The position numbers and the translations under genes are program-made. The notes under the pieces were generated by a model. That model was not told where the DNA came from and searched no databases. It saw only the letters and a program-made list of their open reading frames with translations. A stretch of DNA of 64,000 bases from Squalus acanthias (Eukaryota), in assembly GCA_030390025.1 (NCBI GenBank), contig CM059431.1, forward strand, positions 146,694,001 to 146,758,000, given 5' to 3'. Each line of letters starts with the position of its first letter. Within the stretch, counting starts at the first letter, position 1. This document shows, piece by piece, positions 52,011 through 64,000 of this stretch.

Positions 52011-53429
52011 TATTATTGCCCATGATTTCCAGTCCAATTATGGCATTAATTGCCCCACCCATTAATATGCCTAATGATCCCTTCAATGTGGCTCTGCCGC
52101 CCCTTCCTGTTACAGGGCATAGACTGGTTTTAGAACACCGAGATGTTTGTTATATCATCATCCAAACACCATTACCACAAACTGCCTTTCACTGCCAAGG
52201 CTGGAGGAGACAAACTGTCTGATATTATGTGAGGGAAGCTTTAGGGTGTATAAACCAAAAGGTGGATACTACGGCCATTGAATAGTGGGTCCTCATATTT
52301 GGAGGATGGAAGGTAGAATTCGTAAGGGGCAATTTTGCGAGTTTGTTCTCCATGCCTATTATTTTTCCATTCATGGGACTTGGACGTCGCTGGCAAGGCC
52401 AGCATTATTGCCCAACCCTAATGGCCCTTGAGAAGTTGGTGGTGAATCGCTGCAGTCCGTGTGGTGAAGGTTCTCTGCGGTACCTGAGAACGGGGTCGGT
52501 GACAGGACAGAATGAACAACATGTGTTCTTCCCCACTGAGACTGCGCACCAGGAGCAGAGCATGGTCATGTGACCCTGTGACACCTCGAGAGGGCCGAGC
52601 AACGGCTGCTTTGTGACATTGTTACTGGCTGCTGTGTGATTGGCTCCTGGCTCCTTTGTGATGTCACCTGGAGACAGGTTTCCGCCCCTGGTTAAGCTCC
52701 ATCAGTGGTGAGTTACTGTGGGCGGAGCTGAAGTTGGCAGCAGATATTGTGAGTGAGTTCAGCCCCTATAAATAGGGGTAAGGAAATATAAGAACAATTT
52801 AATATTAAAGTAAGTAATTCAACCAAATGTCATTAATGATAAATATATTCAAATTAAATATATTGATAGTCGCAAAATTATTACCATTGTTTTTGAGTCA
52901 TAGATTCCAGAATTAACGAGTCATTTGGATATTAAATGATTCTCGGAGTGAGCATTATCTCAGGAAGGTGGAGAGAGCAATGTCGAATCAGCACCACACT
53001 AACTGCGACTCGAGAAAGGTCGCTGGTTTCACAGAACAGAACTGATGGGAACAACACTCTCATTGAACAAGACGGGTTTAATCAGGAAGCATTATGAATG
53101 ATTGGAAAAGGCGAGCAGCTCCACTGAGAATCAATCCCATCAGTACAGGATTTTTTCAAGGTGAGAGTCCAACACGCTGTTGGATGCCGTTTAATTTCTG
53201 GCAAAAGGCTGAGCATTTGATGCGGCAATTTGACTGGAGATTCACTGGTATGTAAAGCTAGTCCATACCTCCCCTGGGAGTGCTTGATGCTTACGTGTAC
53301 AGGGATTTCTCTCCTGTATTCATACTATGCTGTTCGTGAGATGGTGAGCTTCATTGGATAGTGTCAGACGAGCTGAACGCTGCATTGGCCATATGCTGTA
53401 TCTGAGTTCACTGTGTTTGATGAAATATA

Positions 53430-53935
53430 TTACAGTGACCTTTACTATGTATCTAGCCCGTGCTGTGTCTGCCCGGGGACTGTTTGATGGGACAGTTTAG
53501 AGGGAGCTTTACTCTGTATCTAACCCGTCCTGTACCTGCCCTGGGAGTGTTTGATGGAACAGTGTAGAGGGAGATTTACTCTGTATCTAGCCCGTGCTGT
53601 ACCTGCCCTGGGAGTGTTTGATGAGAAAGTGTCGAGTGAGCTTTACTCTGTATCTAGCCCGTCCTGTACCTGCCATTGGAGTGCGTGATGGGAGACTGTA
53701 GATGGAGCTTTACTCTGTATCTAACTCATGCTATACCTGCCCATGGATGTTTTGATTGCACTGTGTAGATGGAGCTTTACTCTGTATCTAACCCATGCTG
53801 AACCTGCTCATGGATGTTTTGATTGCACGGTGTAGATAGAGCTTTACTCTGTATCTAACCCATGCCGTACCTGGGAGTGTTTGATGGTACAGTGTTGAGG
53901 GAATTTTTCTCTATATCTTACCCGTGCTGTTCCTA
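53430..53935. repeat. 67-bp tandem repeat (GGAGCTTTACTCTGTATCTAACCCGTGCTGTACCTGCCCTGGGAGTGTTTGATGGGACAGTGTAGAG)
   Basis: Period 67 (53511 to 53578), about 7 units. Confidence 0.9.
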
Positions 53936-54889
53936 ACTTGACGATTCAGACATTTGATACCACCGATGATCCCTCCACTTATTGCCTCTGATGCTCCTTC
54001 TTGTTAAAGCTAATAGACTGTTTTTAGTAGAGAGAGGTGGTTGTAATATCCCTGCCTCATCTCAGCACTCTCACCTCAGAGTGCCTGTCACTGCCAAAGC
54101 TGTAGGGAGACACTTTGCCTGATATATAGAGAAGGGGTACTTTAGAATTTATAAACAGGTGGTGGACATGAGGACCATTTGGATGATGCGAGGGAGAATG
54201 TATAAGGGGTAATTTAGCGAGCCGGTACTCCCTGTCTCGAGTCTCAGTAAATGGAGGCGGGGTCGGAGACAGGACAGATTGTGCAGACTGTGCTCATGCC
54301 CAGTGAGACTGCGCACCAGGAGCAGAGCACGGTCATGTGACACTGGAACACATCGAAGGGGCGGAGCTCCGACTGCTTTGTGACATTGAGTGAGTACAGT
54401 CCCTATATATAGGGGCAAGGAAAGAAAAGAACAATTTTATATTAAAGTAAGTAATTCAAACAAATGTAAATATTTTCATATTATATATATTAATAGTCAG
54501 AAAAATTGTCCCATTTTTTTCCTGTAACATATTCTTTAATAAAGATGAATCATGTTTATATAAAAAATATATCTAAAAAAATTATTTGCTTAAGCAGTAT
54601 CCCAGGAAGGTGGAGAGAGAGAAGTCGAATCATCACTACACTAACTGGGACTGGAGAAAGGTCGCTAGGTTCATAGAGAAGATCTGTTGTGACCAAGACA
54701 CCCAGTGTCGAAGTCCGGAAATGCGAAGCTTCAACAATGATTGGAAATGTGAGGAGCTTTACTGAGAATCTCTTCAGTCGATGATTTTGCCGAGGTGAGA
54801 GTCTAACACGCTATTGGGAGAAGTTTAGCATCTGGCATAAAACTCGGCCTTTGATGCGGCAAATTGACTGCAGATTCACTGGTAGCCAA

Positions 54890-55700
54890 TATCTCGAGTT
54901 CTTGACCCACTCCCTAGAGGGAATAGTTTTTCTCTGTCTACTCTATCAAACCTCACATCATCCTGAAAACCTCTATTAGGCCTCCTCTTAACTTTTCTGT
55001 TCCAAGGAGAACAGTCCTAACTTTTCCAACCTCTCCTCATAACTGAAGTCCCTCATCCTGGTAAACCTCCTCTCTACCCTTTCTAAGGCCTTTACATCGT
55101 TCCTGAAGTGTGGTGCTCAGAATTATCAACAGTACTCCAGCTGAGGCTTTACCCGTGATTTATAAAGTTCTAACTTACTCATCTTTTTTATATTCTATTC
55201 CTCTATTTAAAACCCAAGTAAACCAGGTGAATTTTTAACCAACTTATCAACTTGCCTTGCCACATTTAAGGATTAGTGTTATGGACATTTAGTTTCATCT
55301 GCTCATTTAAACGTTTCCAAATTGTGCCATTTATAGCACACTGTCTTTCCATTTTAGTCCTCCCAAAGTGCATCACTTACACTTCTCTGCACTTCTCTGC
55401 CATGCTTCTTCCCATCGCAACATCCTTGCTATGTCATCCTGAAGCCTATAACTATCCTCATCATTATCTACTACTTTTCCAAGTGACGTTTTATCTGCAA
55501 ACGTTGTAATGTTGCTCCCTAGGTTGTTTATTAAAAAAAAAGAGTGATGGACCCAAAATGACCCTTGGGGAACAACACGGCAAACTACCACCCAGTCTGA
55601 AAAACATCCATCTACTACCACCATTGGCTTCCTATCACTGAACCAATTCCGTAGCCATGCGCCACTTTCCACTTCATTCCATGGGTTTCCATCTTCTTAA
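54890..55700 (-). mobile_element. Decayed CR1 LINE
   Basis: WLRNWFSDRK..VVVDGCFSDW..VPQGS..FADKT. Confidence 0.85.
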
Positions 55701-55724
55701 CAAGCCGCATATCCACACCAGATA

Positions 55725-56580
55725 TCCACGTTTGCCGATATAGGCGGCATTGTAAGCAATGTAGATGGAAACATCACATTTCAAAGAGATATTAATAGAT
55801 TAAGTGACTGGACAAAACTGTGGCACATGGATCTTAACGTAGGCAAGTGTGAGATCATCGACTTTGGACCTAAAAAGGAAAGATCAGAGTACTTTCTAAA
55901 TGGTGGAAAGCTGGAAACAGTGGAAGTCCAAAGAAACTTACGGGTCCGTGTACATTGATCATTAAAATATCATGGACAGGAACAGAAAATAATCAAAAAG
56001 GCTAACGGAATGCTGGGATTTATATCTAGCCGACTAGATTATAAGAGGTAGAATGTTTGCTACAGCTATACAAAGCCCTGGTTAAACCATACCTGGAATA
56101 CTGTGTTCAGTCCTGGGCACCACACCTTAGGAAGGATATGTTGGCCTTGGAGGGAGTGCAGCGTAGGTTTTGCCGAAATTATACATAGACTCCAGGGGTT
56201 AGATTACGAGTAGAGATTACACAAACTAGGGCTGGATGTCTGGAATTTGGAAGGTTAAGGGGTGATTTCAACGAAGTTTTCAAGATATTAAAGTGAACTG
56301 GTAGGGTCGATAAAGAGACACATTTCCGATGGTTGGGGAGTCTAGGTTTGGGGAACAATTCTATATGCAAATGGTGGTAGAGATTTGGAAGTCTCTTCCA
56401 CAAACGGCAGTTGATGCTAGGTCAATTGTTAATTTAAAATCTGAAGTTGATGAATTTTTATTAAATAAATGAATTCTGGGGACAAAGGCTGTTATATTGA
56501 GCTCAGTCACAGTTCAGCCATGATCTCAATGAATGGCAGAACAGGCTCGTGGGGCTAAATAATCTACTCCGGTTCCAATT
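55725..56580 (+). mobile_element. Decayed CR1 LINE, RT end and 3' tail
   Basis: [23 protein letters not shown] and tail cagccatgatctcaatgaatggc. Confidence 0.85.
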
Positions 56581-56627
56581 TACTGTCACTGCACGAATCT
56601 GGAGATTGGAATCGTGATATAAATGAA

Positions 56628-56701
56628 CACCTGATCTGGGATTCGAACCCTGGACCTTCAGATTATAAAGTTTGATGCTCTACTGACTGAGCAATCCAGG
56701 C
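56628..56701 (-). pseudogene. Degenerate tRNA-Lys(TTT)-like pseudogene
   Basis: The reverse complement gcctggattgctcagtcagtagagcatcaaactttataatctgaaggtccagggttcgaatcccagatcaggtg aligns with tRNA-Lys-TTT. There is a 1-nt insertion in the anticodon loop. Confidence 0.85.
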
Positions 56702-56729
56702 TCTGGATCTCGGGCTCACAAAGTGACAT

Positions 56730-58085
56730 TCACTAGCTGACGTGCATCATTACACCCTCTATAGTTTCCATTTACTTCACCATTGATCCACTCTGAACAG
56801 AACATTTTTCTCACACACCGAGACTGACTGCCTCACACAGGCTTCACTTGAGGAATATTCTCCCTCCCACAAACGACACGCTGTTTAGCAGCGGCGTCAG
56901 ATGTGAGAGTGCTGTTCCCCAGATATCTGTATTGGATCTTCAACTTTTCACCATGTTTATTATTGACTTTGACGGAGCAACAGAGTGTTATAGATCCATG
57001 TTTGAAGATCGCAGTAAGTTAGGAAGCACGGTAGTAGTGCAAATGGGAGCGGGACTTAACCAAAGGGACAGAGACAGATGAAGTGAGTGGGCAAAACAAG
57101 GCAACTTGAATTCATTGTGCGCAAGTGTGACCTCATCCAATTTGGAAACAAGTAAGATAATCGGTTTATTTTCTAAATAATTGAGGAGAAAAGAGATGTG
57201 TGAGTCCCAGTTCCCAAATCATTAAACACTAGTAGACATGTACAGACATCAGTCAAAAGACTAATGTCATCCTGCCCTTTATCTCAAGGGGGCTGGACAT
57301 GGAGGAGGAGGTTATGCATCAGTTGTATGGACCCTTGTTCACTGCCATCAGAATAACTGCATTCAGATATTGCCTGACCTGCTGAATATTTCCAGCATTT
57401 TCTGTTTTTATTTCAGATTTCCAGCATCCGCAGTATTTTGCTTTTGCAATCGAAATCTGGAACCCTGTTCTCAAAGGGGCTGTGGATTTTAGGACAAATG
57501 GTGGTTTCAAGGCTGAGAAAAAAACCCGGCTTCCATGCAAAGTTTCGAATTGTATCAATCAGTTTTGCTAAAGTTCACACAACAACCTTCACTGGCTGAC
57601 CTGCATCAATACACCCTCTACATTGGGCATTTCCTTTTCCAGTAATCCCGCCTGTACAGCGCATTTCTCTCACACACCCAGACTGACTGCCTCCCACAGG
57701 ATTCACTGCAGAAATAGTCTCCCTCCCACAAACGACACACTCGATAGCAGCGGCGTCAGATGTGAGAAGTGCTGTTCCCCAGATATCTGTATTGGATCGT
57801 CATCTTTTCACCATATTTATTAATGAACTGGACGGAGCAACAGAGTGCGGCAGCTCTAAGTTCGCACTAAGTTCGGAGGCACTGTAGTAGTAAGCGACAG
57901 AGACAGATGAAGTGAGTGGGCAAAATTATGTTAAATCGAGTTCATTGTACAAAAGATCATCCACTTTGGAAACAAGTAAGATAACTCGGGGTATTTTCTA
58001 AAGGATGGGAAGCTGTTGCGGAGCAAACAGGTTTGTGAGTCCCAGTTAAAAAATTATTAAAAGCTAGTATACATGTACAAAAATG
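56730..58085 (+). repeat. Local duplication (~56730-57260 vs ~57585-58085) of unique sequence plus a CR1 remnant
   Basis: Shared acacacc.agactgactgcctc.cacagg..cccacaaacgacac..agcagcggcgtcagatgtgaga..ccccagatatctgtattggatc. Confidence 0.85.
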
Positions 58086-58662
58086 CATTCGATAAATTCA
58101 CTCATAAGAGACTCTTAGCTAAAGTTGAACCTCGTGGAAATGAAGGCAAATAATTGTCCTGGTTAGGAAATGGGTTGAGCGACAGGAAACACATTATATG
58201 GATAATGGGCAGGTACGTCATTTGGAAGAATATGACTAGTGGTGCCCCGAGGGTTCTGTGTTGGGGCCTCACCTATTCACCGTATTCATTAATGAATTAG
58301 ATGATGAAATTGAGAGCCACAGATCCAAGTTGGACGATGAAACAGATAGGCGGCATTGTAAGCAGTGTAGATGGAAGCAAAGCATTACATAGAGATATTA
58401 ATAGATTGTGAATGGACAAAATTGTGGCAACTGGATTTAACTTTGGCAAATGTGAGGTCATCCACTTAGGAACAAAAAAGGATAGATCAGAATACGTTCT
58501 ATATGGTGAAAGGCTAGAAAACGTGGAGGTCCAAAAAGACTAGGGGTTCCGTGTACCTATGGGTGCAGTAGCACAGTGGTTATGTTAATCGACTAGTTGG
58601 TCATCCCGAGAGATGGGTTCAAATTCCCCCTGCGGCAGCTCAGGAACTTAAATTCAATTACA

Positions 58663-59310
58663 TTTTTCTTCTTAGGCAGTCCCTCGGAACCGAGGATGAC
58701 TTGCTTCCACACTAAAAATGAGTTCACATGTGACTGATGAGTCTAATGCGGGACCTACAGTCTCTGTCACAGGTGGGGCAGACGGTGGTTGAAGCTTCGA
58801 TGCTGGGGATCTTGGCCTGAGCGAGAACACTTTCGTTGGTGCGCCTGTCCTGCCAATGGATTTGCAGGATCTTGCGGAGGCAGCGTTGGTCGTACCTCTC
58901 CAGTATTTTCAGGTGCCTGCTATACATGGTCCATGTCTCTGAAGCATACAGGAGGGCGGATATCACTACAGCTCTGTAGAAACATGAGCTTGGTGCTGTG
59001 TTTGAGGTCCTGGTTTTCAAACACTCTCTTTCTCAGGTGACCGAAGACTGCACTGGCACACTGAAGGCGGTGTTGGAATTCGTCATCGACGGCTGCCCTT
59101 GTTGACAGTAGGCTCCCGAGGTATGCAAAGTGGTCCACATTGTCCAAAGCTTCGTCATGGATTTTGTTAATCGCGGAGCAGTAAAGTGCGGCCGGGGCAG
59201 GTTTGTAGAGGATCTTGTCTTACGGATGTTTAGTGTAAGGCCCATGCTCTCGAACGCTTCAGTGAAAGTGTTGACGATGGTTTGGAGTTCGACCTCCGAA
59301 TGTGCGCAGA
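58663..59310 (-). mobile_element. RTE-clade LINE fragment, internally deleted
   Basis: GLTLNIRKT, FAYLGSLLS, ALLYASETWT, QRCLRKIL and CPTCDRDCRSRIRLISH. Confidence 0.9.
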
Positions 59311-59317
59311 CTATTAA

Positions 59318-59322
<5 letters not shown>

Positions 59323-59358
<36 letters not shown>
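59323..59358. repeat. (TA)n microsatellite
   Basis: Directly visible. Confidence 0.95.
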
Positions 59359-59362
<4 letters not shown>

Positions 59363-59984
59363 TGAATATCAATTAAATGTTAAATCAGTATAGGCAAAAC
59401 TACCACATTGTCGCAAAAATGCATCTGTTTCACCAATAGAAGCCAATCTGCCGTTCTGGTCAATATGTGATTCCAGACCCACAGCAATGTGTTTAATTCT
59501 TAACTGCCCTCTGACATGGTCTAGGAAGCCATTCAGTTGTATTCAAGAATGCGGCTCATGACCACCACTAAATGCTGGCCTTGCTGGCGATGGCCACACG
59601 TCCAATGAATAAAAAAATCATTAAAATATAATAGGCAGGTACAGAAACAATCAACAAGGCTAATGGAAAGCTGGGGTTTATATCTAGAGGACTCTAATAT
59701 AGGGGTGTGTTACTTGTGCTCCAGCAATACAAAGCCCTGGTTAGAACACAGCTGGAGGACTGGATTCATTTCTGGGCACCTTAGGAAGGATTTATTAGGT
59801 TTGGAGAGATTAATGCAAACTAAGAAGGCAGATAGAAAGAAACAATTTCCAATGGTTGGGAAGACTAGGACTAGTGGACAAAGCCTACAAAATAGAGCCA
59901 GGAGTGAAGTTAGGAAACCATTTGACGTGCAAAGGGTGGTAGAAATTTGGAATTCCCTCAAGCAAATGGCAGTTTTTCAGAGGT

Positions 59985-61160
59985 GATGTGAGGTGAGAGT
60001 GATTGCGCTTGACAGCAAGGCAGCATAAGCTCGAGTGTGGCATCAAGGAGCACTCGTAAGATTGAAGTCAATGGGAATCAGGGGTAAAAATCTCCACTTG
60101 CTGCAGTCATACCGAGCACAAAAGAAAATCTTTGAGGCTGTTGGAGGCCAATCATTTCAACCACAGGACATCGCTGCAAGAGTTTCTCTGGGCAATGTCC
60201 TAGGCCCAACCATCTTCAGCAGCTTCATCAATGACCTTCCCTTCATCATAAGGTCACAAGTGGGGATGATCACTGATGATTGCTCAGTGTTCAGTTCCAC
60301 ACGCAAATCCTCAGATAATGAAGCAGTCCATGTCCACATGCAGAAATACCTGGAGTATATAAATGACAAGGATCATTCGCGCCACACAAGTGTCCGGCAA
60401 TGACTATCTCCAACAATAGAGTGTCTAACCACCGCGCCTTGAAATTAAACGTGATTACCATCACCGAATCCCCCACCATTAATATCCTCGGGGGTCACCA
60501 TTGATTAGTAACTAAACTGGACCAGCCACATAGCTACTGTGGCTACAAGAGCAGGTCAGAGGCTGGGTATTCTGTGGCGTGTTTCTCACCTCCTGACCCC
60601 TCAAAGCCTTTCCGCCATCGATCTACAAGGCACAAGTAAGGAGTGTGATGGGATATTCTCCACTTGCCTGGATGGGTTCCCCTCCAACCACACTCACGAA
60701 GCTCGATACCATCCAAGAGAATGCAGTTCGCTTGATTGGCAGGCCATCCACCACCTTAAACGTTCACTCCCTCCACCACCAGTCTACCGTGGCCGCAGTG
60801 TGTACCATCTACAAGATACACTGCAGCAAATTGCCAAGGCTTCTTCGACAGCACCTCCCAAACCTGGAACCACTACCACCTAGAAGGAGAAGGGCAGCAG
60901 TTGCATGGGAACACCATCACCTCCAATTTCCCTTCCAAGTCACATATGATCCTGACTTGGAAATATATCACCGTTCCTTCATCGTTTTGGGACAAAATCC
61001 TGGAGCTCCCTTCCTAACAGCAATATGTGAGTACTTTCACCAAACGGACTGCAGTGGCTCAAGAAGGCGGCTCACCACCACCTTCTCAAGGGCCATGAGC
61101 AATAGGCATTAGATTCGAGCCTTGCCAGCGACGCCCACATCGGAAGAATGAAAAAAAATA
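59985..61160 (+). mobile_element. CR1-group LINE, RT and 3' end
   Basis: VWHQGALVRLKSMGIRG, LGPTIFSSFINDLP and GMITDDC. Tail gccttgccagcgacgcccacatc followed by an A-run. Confidence 0.88.
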
Positions 61161-61559
61161 TTGTTGCAGATTTAAAAATAAATATATAAATAATTATTTT
61201 TTAACTTTTCCTTTTGTCTCTTGTATCTCTCACTCTCTTAATCACATCTTTCTTTTCTCTCTTTATTTCGCTCTCTGGACATGATTTGTCACTGAATTAA
61301 CTATTCTAATTTACACTTCCTGGTTCAGACGCTGAGAGCCTCAGTAAGGATTCTTTAATCTGATTGGTTGAGGAGATGCACAGTTGCCTGTCCAGTTCAC
61401 CCGGTTCCCAGATCCCCTGTAGGGGGCGCCGCGCTGTTTTGGATTTCTAATCACCGCAATTCATGAGCAAAAGCCCAGAGAAAATCTGTGGGCAAGAGGA
61501 AGTGTAATGAACAGCGAGCGCTGTTAATTCACTGCTGACCGCAAAATCCAGGCCACAAT

Positions 61560-62220
61560 TTAGGACAGATGACCAAATATTTGTCAAACCGATAGGTTTT
61601 AAGGAGCGTCTTAAAGGAGGAGAGAAGTGGAGAGCTTTAGGGAGGTAATGCCAGAGTTTACGGACTGGACAGCTTAAGGCACGGCCACCAATGGAGGGCT
61701 GAAGAATGTGAGCGATGCACAAGAGGCCGGATTAGGAGCAACGCAGATTTCTCGGAGACATTAAAAAACAAACCTCGCCATCTCTGCTCTTGTAAGGCAG
61801 TAAGTACACATTATAGGACTTGTAGAGCTGGGGGAGTTTTCAGAGATAGCGAGGGGGCGAGGCAATGATGGAGAATTTTCAAATCGAGACGTTTCTGGAC
61901 CGGGAGCCAGTGTAGATCAGCGGGTGCAGGGTTGAGCTGCGATTCGGAGTTAGTGCGAGTTAGGTTACAGGCAGCAGAGTTTTGGATGAGCTCATGTTTA
62001 TGGAGATTGGAAGATGTGCGGCAGTTCAGGAGAGTATTGGCTTAGACATGTCTGGAGGAGACAATGATATGGATTTTGATTTGATGCCAGATGGAGCGGA
62101 GCTGATCGATGTGACGCACCCTTTGTGATGGACAGGATGTAGGGGCAGAGCTCAGCTCAGGGTCAAACAGGACAGTGAGGTGGATAACAGTCCGGTTCAA
62201 CCTGAGACACTGGCCAGGGA
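61560..62220 (-). mobile_element. L2-type LINE 3' fragment
   Basis: PSIGGRALSC...LWHYLP-type C-terminus and ccttaagacgctccttaaaacct-like 3' UTR. Confidence 0.65.
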
Positions 62221-62289
62221 GGGGGACACGTAGTGCCTGATGATCAGTTCCATTGACAGCAATAGAGCAGAATATCAGGTGCTGCGTAT

Positions 62290-64000
62290 AACGGGAATAT
62301 AGAAAATTTTAGGGGAAGTGAAAAAGGAAATAAGAGGGGCATAGAGAGTATGAAAATAGACTGGCAGCTATCATAAAATGGAATACAAAAGTCTTATATT
62401 GGCATATAAATAATAAAATGGTAGTAAGAGGAGAGGTGAGGCCAATTTGGGACCAAAATGGGGATCTACACATGGAGGCAGAGGGCATGGCTGAGATGCT
62501 AAATGAATACTTTGCATCTGTCTTTACCAAGGAAGAAATGCTGCCAAAGTCATAGAGAAAGAGGAGGTAGATGATATACTAGATGGGATAAAAATTGATA
62601 AAGAGGGGGTAGTAGAATGGCTGGCTGTACTTAAAGTAGATAAACACCAGGACTGAATGGGATGCATCCTAGGATACGGAGGGAGGTAATGGTGGAAATT
62701 GCGGAGGTACTGGCCATAATCTTCCAATCCTCTTTAGATTCGGTGTGATGCCAAAGGAAAGGAGAATTGCAAATGTTACACCCTGGTTCAAAAAAAGGCT
62801 GTAAGGATAAACCCAGCAACTACAGACCAGTCAGTTTAACCCCGATAGTGGGGAAGCGTTTAAAAACGATAATCCGGGACATAAGTAGCAGTCACTTGGT
62901 CAAGTGTGGATTAATTAAGGGAAGCCAGCACGGATTTGTCAAAGTCAAATCGAATATAACTAACTTGTGAAAGACGTGCGGAATTACCCCTCGTCCCGTC
63001 CAACAGGTTATAGAGTTCGGACTTTAGACTTATGTGAAATTACACCAGACACACGGGTTCTGTCTTTAACCTTTTATTGTTCCTAAAACAGATTCAAAAC
63101 CACAACCACTATTCGAGCAGTTCACCAATAATATTACAGGAAATCCTTCATAAAACCAGCCGCCGATGATCAGTCCAGCGTTGATTGTAGGTCCTCGTAC
63201 ACGGAAAGACTGACCAGGCCCCTCCTTCCACTGACTGCAGCTTGATCCTCATAGACAAGATGACTGGCCAGGCCACCTTCTTCTGACTGCAGTGCTGATT
63301 TTCTTTAGCGACTGTGTTTTATACAGATTTCCTTGTCTTTTGCATTAAATCATTCATTCAGAGATAGTAAAATTTTCCTTTAATGTTGGTCTGAGATGTT
63401 TGAGCTGTCAAACCTTTACACTCAAACATCGTGTGTGGCTATTATTCAGTTTGTCCTTATCACAGCCCAAAATTGTTCATTCACTCCTAAAGTTTACTTA
63501 CAAAGGTGACAGAGAACCACTTGGTTCGGTTCATGAGTTAGGTTGCAATTCAAAGCTTCAAAAGTTTAACTTCTCACCTCAGAAAGATCACCAGAGACAC
63601 CATGTCTACAATCTGAGAGGGTTTGTTTATTTCTGTTGACTATCACTACCCCTGCAGTAACAACCATGTTTCCTGCCTTATCAGTGAAAGATTGCTTGTT
63701 ACATTTACCAACTTTATTTCACTTTGTAAAAGCTTTTTGCCTGGCAAAGCATTTCATGAAAAATTAAAGGTCTGTATATACTTTCGACATTTGATTGAGG
63801 TTTTTGATGAGGTAACAGAGAGGGTTGATGAGGGCAATGTGCTTGATGTGGTGTACATGGACTTCCAAAAGGCGTTTGATAACGCGCCACATAATAGGAT
63901 TGCCAGAAAAGTTGAATCCCATGGAATAAAAGGGACAGTGGCAGCATGGATACGACTACACAGAGAGTAGTGGTGAATGGTTGTTTATCGGACTTGAGGA
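62290..64000 (+). mobile_element. CR1 LINE ORF2 fragment interrupted by a solo LTR
   Basis: KDKPSNYRPVSLT..SQHGFVK..TNL | IEVFDEVTERVDEGNVLDVVYMDFQKAFD. Confidence 0.9.
62966..63789 (-). mobile_element. Probable solo LTR (~820 bp) of a different LTR element
   Basis: Termini TGTGAAAG...CTTTCGACA. Minus-strand TATAAAA at ~63317-63323 and AATAAA at ~63073-63078. It splits the CR1 TNL/IEF motif. The TSD is ambiguous. Confidence 0.7.

Larger units (their letters stand above)
50875..54885 (+). repeat. Three diverged copies of a ~0.6-0.95 kb cassette (~50875-51660, ~52480-53430, ~54260-54885)
   Basis: Shared blocks such as caggaaggtggag..gtcgaatca..gagaaaggtcgct..actgagaatc..aggtgagag..ctttgatgcgg. 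Confidence 0.85.
58561..59620 (+). mobile_element. tRNA-derived SINE (head 58561-58660, body and LINE tail ~59395-59620) interrupted by an RTE and (TA)n
   Basis: A-box tagcacagtgg and B-box gggttcaaatt. The body matches 34820-34980 and the tail matches the LINE end at 61058-61160. Confidence 0.7.

Noticed and set aside
54604..54795. SAM-domain-like reading of the triplicated exon (NWDWRKVARFIEKI)
   Set aside because: The resemblance is only a few residues and the frames are broken in all copies.

Overview
Eukaryotic DNA, almost certainly from a shark or ray. The HE1-like V-SINE, the shark-type CR1/L2/RTE/Tx1/Penelope repeats and a two-exon GPR139-like receptor all point that way. The window is very repeat-rich and probably borders heterochromatin. 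It opens with a ~14.9 kb 34-bp satellite. The centrepiece is a structurally complete but mutated 12.7 kb endogenous retrovirus on the minus strand (19059-31735). It has 1652-bp LTRs, an AGTT target-site duplication, a tRNA-Arg PBS, a CCHC gag joined in frame to pro-pol across a UGA, two RNase H domains and a GPY integrase. Its env encodes a paramyxovirus-F/foamy-TM-like fusion protein, which fits lokiretroviruses best. Unusually, that env carries an immunoglobulin-like domain in front of the fusion module. The provirus sits inside the hammerhead-ribozyme motif of a Penelope inverted pseudo-LTR. The rest of the window holds one intact two-exon GPR139/GPR142-like GPCR with a TATA box, a 4.8 kb 26-bp minisatellite just upstream of it, three decayed tRNA genes, a triplicated promoter/exon-like cassette, a tRNA-headed LINE with its matching bipartite SINE, a solo LTR and many LINE fragments. 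All family calls are by-eye motif recognition with no database search, and the boundaries of old repeats are approximate.
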